64,000 nt of DNA from an uncultured Methylomirabilota bacterium (GCA_963705305.1 OY970067.1:4352001-4416000); one strand, 5' to 3'. Counted from the first letter of the stretch, positions 20,446 through 32,971 are shown. The notes: generated by a model not told the origin, from the sequence alone. Made by a program: numbers and translations.

Positions 20446-21660
20446 CTATGCAATCCTCAAGGAGACAATGGGGTTGGTCAGGGAGAGGGCTCGGATGCAA
20501 TCTGCGATCGCCTGATAATGCAGAATGGACGTGACGATGATCGGGACCTCGCTGGATTTCAGTTGATCCGGCGACAAGATCGGAATGCCTTTCAGTGTGC
20601 GGCCTTGATTGATCGGGTTGCCATCCACGAAGGCAATGATTTTCGCATTGCCCAGGCATGTTTCCGCCAACATCTTCATGGCCAGCTGTCCCGTTCCCCA
20701 CACCATCACTTCGCTCGACCGGGTCAAGACCTCTTGGAGGAATACGCCTATCTCTTCCATGATTCGTCGCGATTCCGCGATATATCGGAGCAGGGAGCCC
20801 TTTAGGTGTTCATCCTTCCGCAGCCCGCCAGGGGATACGGGCTCCTCCGTGGGGGCTCCGAACATGAATAGTGCCGGATACGGCATCCCAGGCGCCGATT
20901 GCAAGAGCTTGTTGCCCGCGTTCGCAGGACGGAATCCACCCCTCACCAGTAGGTTCTCCATGCACTGAAGCGAGAAGTGATTGATGTGCTCGGTGTTGAA
21001 ATCTTGGAAAGGGGCGAACACGTAATCCGCATACCGCATAGCGTCCGGGACCTCAACATAGATACTGGCCTGGGGTCTCAGGAACTGCCGGACGTAGGCG
21101 AAGGCCTCGCATAGATCCCGTACGTGTTCAAGAACGTGGGACAGGATGATACAGTCGATTGTACCGGGCTCCAGGGGGATGTGGGAAAGGGAGCCAATTG
21201 CAGCGTGAACGCCCGGCAACTCGTTCGTCCGAGCTACACACGCGGGCGATGGATCGAGACCGTAGAGGTTCGTGTAGCCCAATTCGCGTAAGGTGCGCAG
21301 CAGTCCGCCGCCAGCGCAACCGATGTCCACGACGTGTGCATCCGGGTTGCGAAGGGCATTGCCGACCAGGCGCCCCGTTTCCCGCAATCGGGCTGCATCT
21401 TCCGTCGAGTCCCCGCCACCAGTGGATGTCGCCTTATCCCCGTACTTCGAGAAACCCGTATAGAAGGCGTCATAGTCGCACTGGTTCGCCGACGTATCGG
21501 CGTAGGCAAAGCCACACGCAGGACAGCACACCACGTCATACCCGGCTTCCAGTGGGTGACCCGACGGAAGTACAAACTCCTGGGTGTGGATGACCTCGCC
21601 GGTGTGGCCATCACAGATTGGGCAAGGCCGCGCAACGGACTTGAGAGATGTCATGAGCAT
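20446..21660 (-). CDS. Class I SAM-dependent methyltransferase with N-terminal Zn-ribbon (sugar C-methyltransferase-like architecture)
   Basis: CPIC...CPAC, VDIGCAGG, SHVLEH, EHINHF, VWGTG C-terminal domain. Confidence 0.8.
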   Translation of the reverse strand: MLMTSLKSVARPCPICDGHTGEVIHTQEFVLPSGHPLEAGYDVVCCPACGFAYADTSANQCDYDAFYTGFSKYGDKATSTGGGDSTEDAARLRETGRLVGNALRNPDAHVVDIGCAGGGLLRTLRELGYTNLYGLDPSPACVARTNELPGVHAAIGSLSHIPLEPGTIDCIILSHVLEHVRDLCEAFAYVRQFLRPQASIYVEVPDAMRYADYVFAPFQDFNTEHINHFSLQCMENLLVRGGFRPANAGNKLLQSAPGMPYPALFMFGAPTEEPVSPGGLRKDEHLKGSLLRYIAESRRIMEEIGVFLQEVLTRSSEVMVWGTGQLAMKMLAETCLGNAKIIAFVDGNPINQGRTLKGIPILSPDQLKSSEVPIIVTSILHYQAIADCIRALSLTNPIVSLRIA

Positions 21661-21681
21661 CGTGTGATGCGCTGTGCCGAC

Positions 21682-22764
21682 TCAGCGATCCCCATACCAG
21701 CGCACTGTGCGACGGATTGCCTCATTCAGATTGATGCGCTGCTGTAACCCAAGTTCGCTCTGCGCACGCGAAACCGAGGGCACGTACCGCTCCGCGGGCT
21801 TTCCAGGGGACGCAGCCTTGGCAACCTTGACCGACACAGGGGACGCAAACGTCTCCGCCACGACGCGGGCCAATTCGGCGATTGAAACTGCCTCGGACGA
21901 CCCAACATTGTAAGGACGCGATGCCTCTCCGCGGAACAGGATAGTCCAAAGCCAGACAGCGAGATCTGCCATATAGAGATAGGAACGGTACGGTGTTCCA
22001 TCGTCTTTCACCCAAATCGGTCCCCCTTTGAGGCCGTCCTGGATGAAATTGCCAATGGCGAAGTGGGTATCGAGCGGGAGATAAGGTCCCACGAATGCAA
22101 AGCAGCGCGCGATCTTCACCTGGAGTCCGAACTGCTTGGCAAACACCACCGACAGCAGCTCCGCAAGGCGCTTTCCCTCCCCATATGCCGAACTTGGATT
22201 CGTGGAGTCCGGCCCGCCCAGATACTCCTCCGGCACATGCGACAGGTCCGGGGGCTGTTTGCCGTAGACGGCGCCCGAGCTGGTCAGCAAGAACTTTTTC
22301 GCGCCGCAGGACCGTGCGAACTCAAGAACTCGTCGCGTTCCCAAGACGATAGTATCGCACATCGTCAGCGGCGCTTCCTCATTCAATACGACGCTGGCCT
22401 CCGTGGCCGCGTGGATCACGTGCGAAAACGTGCCTCCTGGAAACTCAAACGACCGGATGTCCCCCACGTGAAATCGGATGGAATCATCAGAAGCCAAGTG
22501 GGGGGCCTTCTGGCGAAACGCATCCGGATTGCGCGTCAGCACCACGACTGATGCGCGGAGGTCCAGACTCGCGTTCGCCCACGCGAAGCTCTCCACCAGC
22601 CATGTGCCGAAGAATCCGGTGCCTCCGGTGATGAACAGCCGCTGCCCGCGCAGCTCCTCCCAGAGGCCTCTCGTCTGGGCGAGGATAAGCTCGAGATCTT
22701 CCACTAGAGGATGGTCATGGCGGGCGCTGAGGCTCCCGCCCGAAGAGAGGTTTGTGGTCCCCAT
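21682..22764 (-). CDS. NAD-dependent epimerase/dehydratase (extended SDR; YerF-like by context)
   Basis: TGGTGFFG, SSGAVYG, YGEGK; start overlaps the upstream stop (TGATG). Confidence 0.85.
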   Translation of the reverse strand: MGTTNLSSGGSLSARHDHPLVEDLELILAQTRGLWEELRGQRLFITGGTGFFGTWLVESFAWANASLDLRASVVVLTRNPDAFRQKAPHLASDDSIRFHVGDIRSFEFPGGTFSHVIHAATEASVVLNEEAPLTMCDTIVLGTRRVLEFARSCGAKKFLLTSSGAVYGKQPPDLSHVPEEYLGGPDSTNPSSAYGEGKRLAELLSVVFAKQFGLQVKIARCFAFVGPYLPLDTHFAIGNFIQDGLKGGPIWVKDDGTPYRSYLYMADLAVWLWTILFRGEASRPYNVGSSEAVSIAELARVVAETFASPVSVKVAKAASPGKPAERYVPSVSRAQSELGLQQRINLNEAIRRTVRWYGDR

Positions 22765-23531
22765 CACTCCCACGCATCGACCCGAATGGAACCCTGAGAG
22801 ACTCCCCGGGCGCGGAGATCTCGAGAGATTACAGACACCATTTGTGGAGGACCTGAAATGTAATAGTGCGATGCAAAGGGTTCTGGAACCTCGGACCAAA
22901 TAGAATCAACCGCGATACGGCCGGAGAGCTCGTATGGTACCAGGGCTCCGACGTATCCAGATGACGACCCGACGCAAGATGCCCCCCCTACTGCCGCGAT
23001 CCTATCTTCAACGAAAAAGCGCGCCTGAAGCTGGGGAGCTTTCTCCAGACACCGGCACACCAAGTCCTGGTAGATCAAGAGCCGTCTGCTGCGGGCACCA
23101 TAGATGAGAAAGACGCTCTGCGGATGAGAAGAATCCAGGTGCCCGAGAAACGCCGTGAATGCCGTGATCCCTGTCCCCCCCGCAAACATGACGACTTTCC
23201 GGCTGCCGTCTATCACGAACTCCCCGTACGGCAGCTTCACCCACACCCAGCGGTTGTCCGTAAGTTCTTGCTCCATTCGAGCCGTGAACCGGCCCCGCAC
23301 GGAATACGAGATTTGCAGGCGGTCCCTCTCGAGGGGGGAGTTTGCGATAGAGAAGACGCGCGATTCCGGCCAGAAGCTGCTCGGATCGTACTCGTCCAAC
23401 GCCAGATGGAGAAACTGGCCTGGTCGAAATCGCGGGGCAGCACGCTCGGGCGTAAGATCCACAGTATACACATGGTCGCTGTGATCGGTGATTTTATTTA
23501 CCAGGCAACGGAGTTTCTGTGGGGTGGCCAT
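22764..23531 (-). CDS. FNR-like FAD/NAD oxidoreductase (candidate E3/DdhD-type partner, no 2Fe-2S domain)
   Basis: F.PGQF, RVFSIAN, LPYGEF, AGGTGIT, ISGPPQMV. Confidence 0.8.
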   Translation of the reverse strand: MATPQKLRCLVNKITDHSDHVYTVDLTPERAAPRFRPGQFLHLALDEYDPSSFWPESRVFSIANSPLERDRLQISYSVRGRFTARMEQELTDNRWVWVKLPYGEFVIDGSRKVVMFAGGTGITAFTAFLGHLDSSHPQSVFLIYGARSRRLLIYQDLVCRCLEKAPQLQARFFVEDRIAAVGGASCVGSSSGYVGALVPYELSGRIAVDSIWSEVPEPFASHYYISGPPQMVSVISRDLRARGVSQGSIRVDAWE

Positions 23532-23569
23532 TGTTTTTTAGCTGAAAGCGGAGAGCAAAGAGCTGAGAG

Positions 23570-23665
23570 TCAGGGGCGCACAGATCGGGAAAAAGCAATG
23601 ATCATTCTGCAGAGCTCATCAAGATCCTGGAGAATTTCTAAATTTTCGAATCGAAATCTTACCAT
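23570..23665 (-). pseudogene. Internally deleted four-helix-bundle gene relic
   Basis: MVRFRFENLEI (family N-terminus) fused to LDELCRMIIAFSRS (family C-terminus); heptamer repeats on both sides. Confidence 0.5.
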
Positions 23666-23708
23666 TCTAAGATTCTTATTCTCTGCTCTTCGCTCTTCGC
23701 TTTCTACC

Positions 23709-25028
23709 TCACGCTCGTTCTCCCTGCATGAACCGCCCAAAAGCTCCCGCCGCGTACTCCAACTGGGCCTCATCCAAGCCGGGGTACACGCCGATGAAGA
23801 ACGAGTTCTTCATAATGAAATTAGTATTGTGGAGATTGCCCACGACCCGGTGCTCGATACCCTCGAAGGCGGGATGCCGAAGCAGGTTGCCGCTGAAGAG
23901 GTTTCGCGTCTCGATCCGATTGAACTCCAGGAATCGCGTGAGGTCATTCCGCGCAAAGCCCGAATCATTACGGACGGAGATGACAAATCCGAACCAGGAA
24001 GGGTCGGAGTGCTTCGTCGCCTCAGGCAGGATTAGCCGATCCTCGTATTGCCGCAAGATCGCCAGCAGGTGCTGAAAGTTAGCTTTGCGCTGCGCAACGA
24101 ACCTGTCCAGCTTCTGCAGTTGGGCGCACCCGATCGCCGCCTGCATGTCCGTGACCTTGAGGTTGTAGCCGATATGGCTGTACACGTATTTGTGATCATA
24201 GCCCAGGGGAAGAGTCCCGAACTGCTGCGTGAAGCGTTTCCCGCACGTATTGTTCTCGCCTCCGGAACAGTAGCAGTCGCGCCCCCAATCACGAATGGAC
24301 CTTGCGATCCGAGCCAAGTCCTCGTTATCTGTCACCACGCAGCCGCCCTCGCCCATGGTAATGTGGTGGGCCGGATAAAAAGAGACCGTTGCTAGATCTC
24401 CGAAGGTGCCTGTGAGCTGGTCCCGATACCGAGATCCCAGGGCGTCGCAGTTATCTTCGATTAGCCACAAATCGTGCGCCTTCGCCAGGGCCATGGCAGT
24501 GTCGAGGTTGAACGGAACGCCCAGCGTATGGGCCATCATGATGGCGCGCGTCCGCGGCCCCACCGCGGCAACCAGTTGCTCCGGAATCGCTGTATAATCT
24601 CCCAGGTTCACATCCACGAAAACCGGGACCAAGCGATTCTGAACGATCGGCGCCAGCGTGGTGGGGAATCCGGCGGCGACGGTAATCACCTCGTCCCCGG
24701 GCTTCAGCCGCCGCTCACCGAGCTTGGGCGATGTGAGGGTCGTCAGAGCCACGAGGTTCGCGGATGAGCCGGAGTTGACGAGCAATGCGTTGGAGAGGCT
24801 GAAGTATTCCGAAAATTCCGCCTCAAACCGCTCTGCATAGCGATTGGCGGTCAGGAAGAAATCCAGGCTGGCGTCAACCAGGTTGCAGAGCTCTTCCTCA
24901 TCGAAGACACGACCCGCATAGTGAACCAAGTCTCGCGATGGGTCAAAGATCCTTCCGGCAAACTTCGCCCGATAATACTCTCTCACCGACTTCAGGATCG
25001 TCTGCCTGAGGTTTTCGGCGGGCTCCAT
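23709..25028 (-). CDS. rfbH: CDP-4-keto-6-deoxyglucose 3-dehydratase (E1, RfbH/DdhC)
   Basis: SFYPAHHITMGEGG, DWGRDCYC..G..NTCGKRF, YDHKY.YSHIGYNLK. Confidence 0.93.
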   Translation of the reverse strand: MEPAENLRQTILKSVREYYRAKFAGRIFDPSRDLVHYAGRVFDEEELCNLVDASLDFFLTANRYAERFEAEFSEYFSLSNALLVNSGSSANLVALTTLTSPKLGERRLKPGDEVITVAAGFPTTLAPIVQNRLVPVFVDVNLGDYTAIPEQLVAAVGPRTRAIMMAHTLGVPFNLDTAMALAKAHDLWLIEDNCDALGSRYRDQLTGTFGDLATVSFYPAHHITMGEGGCVVTDNEDLARIARSIRDWGRDCYCSGGENNTCGKRFTQQFGTLPLGYDHKYVYSHIGYNLKVTDMQAAIGCAQLQKLDRFVAQRKANFQHLLAILRQYEDRLILPEATKHSDPSWFGFVISVRNDSGFARNDLTRFLEFNRIETRNLFSGNLLRHPAFEGIEHRVVGNLHNTNFIMKNSFFIGVYPGLDEAQLEYAAGAFGRFMQGERA

Positions 25029-25061
25029 ATCAGAACGTCTCCAAGTCAACACTCGTCAGCG

Positions 25062-26054
25062 TCAAACGCTCCGCGAGGGCTGGGTGGCTAGAAAGTCTCG
25101 ATACCACTGGATGGTCAGCTTCAGGCCTTCCTCGAGAGTGAAACAGGGCTGCCATCCCAATAGCCGGCGCGCCTTGGCCGCACTCAAGTACTGGTGACGG
25201 ATCTCATTGCTCGCCTCATTCCGGACATCCGGCGCGAGTTTCGATTCCATCAATGCCAGGATACGCTGCACCAAGTCAAGCACGCTCTCCTGGAACTCGT
25301 TGGAGAAATTGAATGCCTCCCCTCGCAGCTCTGGCCTAGCCGCCAACTGCTCGGCAAGCAGCATATATGCCGCCGCTCCGTCCTCCACGTAGAAGTAATC
25401 CCGCACAAAGCTCCCATCGGAACGAATCATCGGGCGCTGGCCTCGCAATACGGACCGAATCGTCCCCGGAATAATCCGGTTCCAATTCAAGTCGCCGCCA
25501 CCGTAGAAATTGCCGCAGCGGGTAATGGCCACCGGCACGCGGAATGTCTTCGCATAGGTGTGGGCGATGAGGTCCGCGCACGACTTGCTCACGTCATAGG
25601 GGTGTCGACCCTGTAAAGGGGTGGCCTCGTCATACGGGAGACGTTCCTGGTCTCCATAGGCCTTGTCGGAGGAGGCGACAACAATCTGTTTCGCCGACGG
25701 GCTGCGACGGCAGGCCTCAAGCAGATTCCATGTACCTTGAATATTGGATTCGAAGGTGGAAACAGGATTCCGATTGGCGATCCCCACGATTGTCTGGGCC
25801 GCGAGATGGATGACCGTATCTGCCTCATATTCCCCGAGGGCCCGCTCCAGCAGTTCCCGATCGCGCACGTCGCCCCGAATGACTTTGACCTGGTCGATGA
25901 GGTGTGCGCGTACTAACTCAGACTGCGGTACCCAATCCCGCACCAGACAGACGACATCGGCTCCGGCCTGCAGGAGACGCCGCACCAGCCATGTTCCCAC
26001 TAGGCCGGTTGCACCGGTCACCAACGTGGGCCGATCGAGCCAAAAGCCACTCAC
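25062..26054 (-). CDS. rfbG: CDP-glucose 4,6-dehydratase-like SDR (RfbG/DdhB)
   Basis: [34 protein letters not shown]; lies between rfbF and rfbH; GTG start overlaps the rfbF stop. Confidence 0.8.
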   Translation of the reverse strand: MSGFWLDRPTLVTGATGLVGTWLVRRLLQAGADVVCLVRDWVPQSELVRAHLIDQVKVIRGDVRDRELLERALGEYEADTVIHLAAQTIVGIANRNPVSTFESNIQGTWNLLEACRRSPSAKQIVVASSDKAYGDQERLPYDEATPLQGRHPYDVSKSCADLIAHTYAKTFRVPVAITRCGNFYGGGDLNWNRIIPGTIRSVLRGQRPMIRSDGSFVRDYFYVEDGAAAYMLLAEQLAARPELRGEAFNFSNEFQESVLDLVQRILALMESKLAPDVRNEASNEIRHQYLSAAKARRLLGWQPCFTLEEGLKLTIQWYRDFLATQPSRSV

Positions 26055-26821
26055 CGCCAGATCTTCCAAGGGGCTCTGCCCTGCTGCCACAGGCTTTCCA
26101 GCAGCCGCTTATCCCGCAGGGTGTCCATGCATTGCCAAAAGTTGTCGTGCCGATACGCCACCAACTGCCGCTCCTTTGCCAAACGTTCCAGACCATCTTT
26201 CTCAAGGATGCTCTGATCGCCGTCCAGATACCTAAATATCCTGGGCTCCAATACCATGAAGCCGCCGTTGATCCAGCCTTCTCCAACCTGGGGCTTTTCA
26301 GTAAACTCCGCGACCATATCACCCTCAAAGACGATGCCCCCAAATCGCGCCGGGGGACGCACCGCCGTGATTGTGGCAGCACATCCGTGGGCACGATGAA
26401 ATCTAACCAGATCCTGGAGGTTGATATCGCTCACCCCATCCCCATATGTTAGCATGAAGGTTTCATCCTTGAGCCATTTCTCCAATCTCTTGACTCGTCC
26501 TCCGGTTGCGGTGTCCTGGCCCGTGTCGATCAGGTGGATGGTCCAGTTGTCCTTTTCTCCTTTGTGCCGCTCAATCTCGTCGCGCGAGAAACGAACTGTC
26601 ATGTCCCCATTCAAATTGCAGTAGTCCATAACAAAGTGCTTTATCACATCTCCCTTGTAGCCCAAAGCCACGAAGAACTCTGTGAATCCGTAGTGCTCGT
26701 AATGTTTTAGGATATGCCAAAAAATGGGTCGGCCGCCGATCTCCACCATGGGTTTCGGCTTGACCTCTGTTTCCTCGGTCAGTCGAGTACCAAGACCGCC
26801 AGCCAAAATAACCACTTTCAT
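26051..26821 (-). CDS. rfbF: Glucose-1-phosphate cytidylyltransferase
   Basis: [42 protein letters not shown]. Confidence 0.95.
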   Translation of the reverse strand: MKVVILAGGLGTRLTEETEVKPKPMVEIGGRPIFWHILKHYEHYGFTEFFVALGYKGDVIKHFVMDYCNLNGDMTVRFSRDEIERHKGEKDNWTIHLIDTGQDTATGGRVKRLEKWLKDETFMLTYGDGVSDINLQDLVRFHRAHGCAATITAVRPPARFGGIVFEGDMVAEFTEKPQVGEGWINGGFMVLEPRIFRYLDGDQSILEKDGLERLAKERQLVAYRHDNFWQCMDTLRDKRLLESLWQQGRAPWKIWR

Positions 26822-26892
26822 TGCGACATCTCCCGTCGTTTGATCTCGTACCACTCGACCATCCGCCGTAGGCCATCTTCAAAAGGCGTTCA

Positions 26893-29624
<2,732 letters not shown>

Positions 29625-29670
29625 GTCAGGACACGTTATGCGTTACACGTTCAACGTTGAACGTGCCACG

Positions 29671-30714
29671 TCATTGGACGATGAATTGCGCATTTCGGTA
29701 CCGCGCATCTCCTGGATCCTTGATGAGCCCTGATTGAAGCGCATCGCGAACTTCAATCACGCCATCCTCCACGCTCAGCCTTGTCTTGAAGCCGAGCTGG
29801 CGCCTTACTTTTGCAAATGACACGGTAATATCACGCATATCCCCGCCGAAGCTCAGGTCTTTGTGGGTGACCTTGAGCCCATCCACGTGCTTCCTCACCA
29901 ACTCCGCGATCTCGTCCTTGGTGTAATTTCCCTCGTCGGATCCCAAATTGAACACCTGTCCGGAAATCTTCTGTTGTGGCGCGGACAAGCCAAGGACTAT
30001 TCCCTCAACGACGTCACGCACATGCACAAACGAACGTGAGTAGCCTCGCTGGTAGATGATCAGTTCCCGCTTCGTCATGGCTTCCAGGACGAACTGGTTG
30101 ACAATCAGATCAAATCGTGTGCGCGGCGAGATTCCGAAGAGCGTCGCAAAGCGAAAAACGAGTGGGGCGCAGCGCGATTTCTTAGCCTGGTCCAACAGGA
30201 ATTCCTCTGCCGCTATTTTGGTCTCCGCGTACAGCGATTGCGGGTACAATGGGGAGTCCTCGGTGACCGCCTGACCGTTCTTAGTCAGGCCGTAGTTACT
30301 GTAGGTCGAAGAGAAGATGAATCGCTCTGCGCCAGCGTTGTCAGCGACCTCGAACACGCGCTGCACAGACTCAACGTTGTACCGCCAAGCCACCTGTTTG
30401 CCAACAGCCTGACATGCCGGGAAGCCCACGATGGCAGCCAAATGCACGACTGCCTTGAACGTTGAACGGTCAACGTCGCGCGTTGCACGTTGCAAAACGT
30501 CGGAGTCGCACACGTCGCCCTTGATGAATCGGAAATTGGGATGATGCCAATAGCCCAACAGCGATTCTCCGCCGAACAGCAGGTCGTCCACCACGGTCAC
30601 ATGATGACCTTGGCTCAGGAGTACACCGGTCAGCAACGAGCCGATGTAACCCGCGCCGCCGGTGACAAGAACATGCATGCGAGCTGGGGAGCTCGGGGGC
30701 AGGGGTGAATTCAT
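29671..30714 (-). CDS. NAD-dependent epimerase/dehydratase
   Basis: TGGAGYIGS, HLAAIVG, YAETK, RFATLFGISPR.RFDL. Confidence 0.9.
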   Translation of the reverse strand: MNSPLPPSSPARMHVLVTGGAGYIGSLLTGVLLSQGHHVTVVDDLLFGGESLLGYWHHPNFRFIKGDVCDSDVLQRATRDVDRSTFKAVVHLAAIVGFPACQAVGKQVAWRYNVESVQRVFEVADNAGAERFIFSSTYSNYGLTKNGQAVTEDSPLYPQSLYAETKIAAEEFLLDQAKKSRCAPLVFRFATLFGISPRTRFDLIVNQFVLEAMTKRELIIYQRGYSRSFVHVRDVVEGIVLGLSAPQQKISGQVFNLGSDEGNYTKDEIAELVRKHVDGLKVTHKDLSFGGDMRDITVSFAKVRRQLGFKTRLSVEDGVIEVRDALQSGLIKDPGDARYRNAQFIVQ

Positions 30715-30743
30715 TCGTTATCCTCTTCAGCTCTCACGGTTGA

Positions 30744-31140
30744 CTACCGGAGGTGGGATCTTTCATTCTCTGAGTCTTGTAGGTCGGCAAGATCCGCGCC
30801 CACCATCATATGTACAAGTTCTTCGAATCCAACTCTCGGAGCCCAATCAAGAAGTCGCTTTGCCTTCGAGGCATCACCCAGGAGAAAGTCGACTTCAGTC
30901 GGGCGGAAGTAGCGCGGGCTGATTTCGATCAGGGAGCGTCCGTCCGGGCCAATCGCCTTCTCTTCAACCCCCGCCCCTTCCCACCGCAGCGGGAGGCCGG
31001 CGCGGGCGAATGCCAGCTCGCAGAACTCCCGCACGGAGTGGGCCTCGCCGATGGCGATGACGTAGTCGTCCGGCTCGGGTGCCTGGAGCATCATCCACAT
31101 GGCCTCGACATAATCGCCCGCGAATCCCCAATCCCGCTTG
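30744..31140 (-). pseudogene. gmd: Truncated 3' third of a second gmd copy
   Basis: [15 protein letters not shown]...[17 protein letters not shown]; diverged match to ~36420-36760; homology stops at 31140. Confidence 0.85.
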
Positions 31141-31163
31141 CGGCTCGGCCGCCTCGCCGATTT

Positions 31164-31192
31164 GGGGGACGTTGCGACATTATTGACTTTAT
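31164..31192. repeat. Conserved array site, type A
   Basis: GGGGGACGTTGCGACATTATTGACTTTAT. Confidence 0.9.
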
Positions 31193-31319
31193 TATGGGGC
31201 ACAGGGCAAAGGGCACAGAGCATAGCGCGAAGGGCACAGGGCCGGGGACAGAGGGCACGGACCACAGGACTACTGACGACTGACCACGGGACTACTGACT
31301 ACTGGCCATGTGGAACCTA

Positions 31320-31347
31320 GGGGACGTTGTAACCTTAATTACCTTTT
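31320..31347. repeat. Conserved array site, type B
   Basis: GGGGACGTTGTAACCTTAATTACCTTTT, preceded by GTGGAACCTA. Confidence 0.9.
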
Positions 31348-31481
31348 TGCGAAACCCGCGGGTCAAGTTCGAAATGCGAAATGAAGAACTCGTGTCTCAC
31401 GCCAAGATCGCCATTTCCAGTAGGCAGTAGGCAGAGGTCAGTAGTCCTGTATTCCACCCTCGCCCCTGCGACCTTTGCGTC

Positions 31482-31907
31482 TTAACGTGAGGAAAAGTTC
31501 GATCCGATCGCTGTCGTCGCACAGGATACAACGAACCGCGCGTCGTCGATGGCGCGTTGCGCATCCGCCCTCGTGTACTCCTCTGTGGGGATGAAATCGA
31601 TGTCCCCGTAGAAGGCGAACTCGCGCTCCTTCCGCAACCACCCCGAGATCTCCGCCAATCGCTCGACCTGGCCCGCCACCTCGCCGGGAAACCGGTCCCG
31701 GTACTCCAGCAGCATCTGCCCCACGTCGTGCCACTTGGGCGGCTCGACCCCGATGCCCCGGAGCATGCCCTTCAGCGCCAGCTCCACGACCTCCTGCGCC
31801 TCGCGCACCACATCTGAAAAGGCCTCGTCCTCCAGCAACACGGACAGGACCCTGAGGCGCTTCTGCGCCTTCGTGAGATAGCTCTTGGCCAGCGAGGTGT
31901 TCGTCAT
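31482..31907 (-). CDS. HEPN domain protein (pair 1)
   Basis: AQEVVELALKG.L...PPKWHDVG; coupled to the upstream MNT by an ATGA overlap. Confidence 0.85.
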   Translation of the reverse strand: MTNTSLAKSYLTKAQKRLRVLSVLLEDEAFSDVVREAQEVVELALKGMLRGIGVEPPKWHDVGQMLLEYRDRFPGEVAGQVERLAEISGWLRKEREFAFYGDIDFIPTEEYTRADAQRAIDDARFVVSCATTAIGSNFSSR

Positions 31908-32404
31908 AGCTCGAATACCTCGCCGGGCCGGTAATCCGGCTTCAGGTCCCAGAACCAGGCATTCCCCCGCCAGATGCGGCGCGCCCCCAGGCTCTCCAGC
32001 CGAGCCCGCAGCCGGCTGAAGGCCTGCCTCAAGAAGCCATCGCGATCAAACAGGATCCGCGCATCCTCGAGCATATCCAGGTACAGCAAGCTCCCCCGCT
32101 CTACCTCGGCGGGCGTCTTGAACACGGGGCTTACCGTTGTGGCCACACCGGCCACGCGGGCCTCCGCCAGCGCGGAGCCGAGGGCTTTCTCCACCATGGC
32201 AAACTCGGCCACGCGCGCCATCCTTCCGGCCGGCAGCCGTGCGGCCACGATCAGCACGTCCAGGTCCGAGTCCGGCCGCGGCGTCCCCCGCCCGACCGAT
32301 CCGAAGACCGCAAGGGCCACCAGGCGGTCGCCGTAGTGCTGCCGGCAGGCGGCAAGGAGGTCGCAGCAAAGCCGGTCAAATTGAGAGGCCAGCGAGATCA
32401 TCAC
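31904..32404 (-). CDS. Minimal nucleotidyltransferase (MNT) (pair 1)
   Basis: FGSVGRGTPRPDSDLD. Confidence 0.9.
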   Translation of the reverse strand: MMISLASQFDRLCCDLLAACRQHYGDRLVALAVFGSVGRGTPRPDSDLDVLIVAARLPAGRMARVAEFAMVEKALGSALAEARVAGVATTVSPVFKTPAEVERGSLLYLDMLEDARILFDRDGFLRQAFSRLRARLESLGARRIWRGNAWFWDLKPDYRPGEVFEL

Positions 32405-32426
32405 GCGTCCTCACCATCTGTGCTGA

Positions 32427-32494
32427 GGGGACGTTGTAACCTTAATTACCTTATTGCCAAGGGATGGGGGACGTTGCGACATTATTGACTTTAT
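32427..32494. repeat. Two adjacent array sites (type B 32427-32454, type A 32466-32494)
   Basis: GGGGACGTTGTAACCTTAATTACCTTAT then GGGGGACGTTGCGACATTATTGACTTTAT. Confidence 0.9.
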
Positions 32495-32548
32495 CGAGCA
32501 TTTCGAAGTTCGAAGTTCAGAATTGCCCCCCCCAGCCTTCCATCATGC

Positions 32549-32971
32549 CTACGGCCGCTCCAGCGCGCGCAGCACTTCCCTTTTGAACGCTTCGACCTCC
32601 GGCCACTTGCGCGTGGCCACCATGAAGACGATTTGATTGTCCACCACCCCGTACTCGTGCACGAGGATGTTGCGAAACCTTCTCATCGCGCGAATCGTGC
32701 CCGCGACCTCCGGTGAGATGATGTGCGCATCTTCCAATCTGGCGAACAGGTCCTCCTCCTCGCCGGGCAGGCCCAGGCGCAACCCGGCAACGAGCAGGTT
32801 GCATATATCCAGGACACACTCAACGGAGATCTGGAGGAGGCGCTCGACCGCGCGCCGCGTTGCAGGGTTCCCCATGTACCCAGAATAGTCTGCGGGGAGG
32901 ACCGCCTTGAGCTCGGCCTCGTAGCCGTGCAGCTCGTCCAGCTTTGCCAGGACGCGGTCACGATCCAGCAT
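32549..32971 (-). CDS. DUF86/HepT-type HEPN RNase (pair 2)
   Basis: MLDRDRVLAKL..., ERLLQ.SVE..LDI, RNILVHEY (Rx4HxY). Confidence 0.9.
   Translation of the reverse strand: MLDRDRVLAKLDELHGYEAELKAVLPADYSGYMGNPATRRAVERLLQISVECVLDICNLLVAGLRLGLPGEEEDLFARLEDAHIISPEVAGTIRAMRRFRNILVHEYGVVDNQIVFMVATRKWPEVEAFKREVLRALERP

Noticed and set aside
30744..31140. gmd duplicate as a DGR template/variable repeat
   Set aside because: Differences are mostly synonymous and not confined to adenines; ordinary paralogue divergence.
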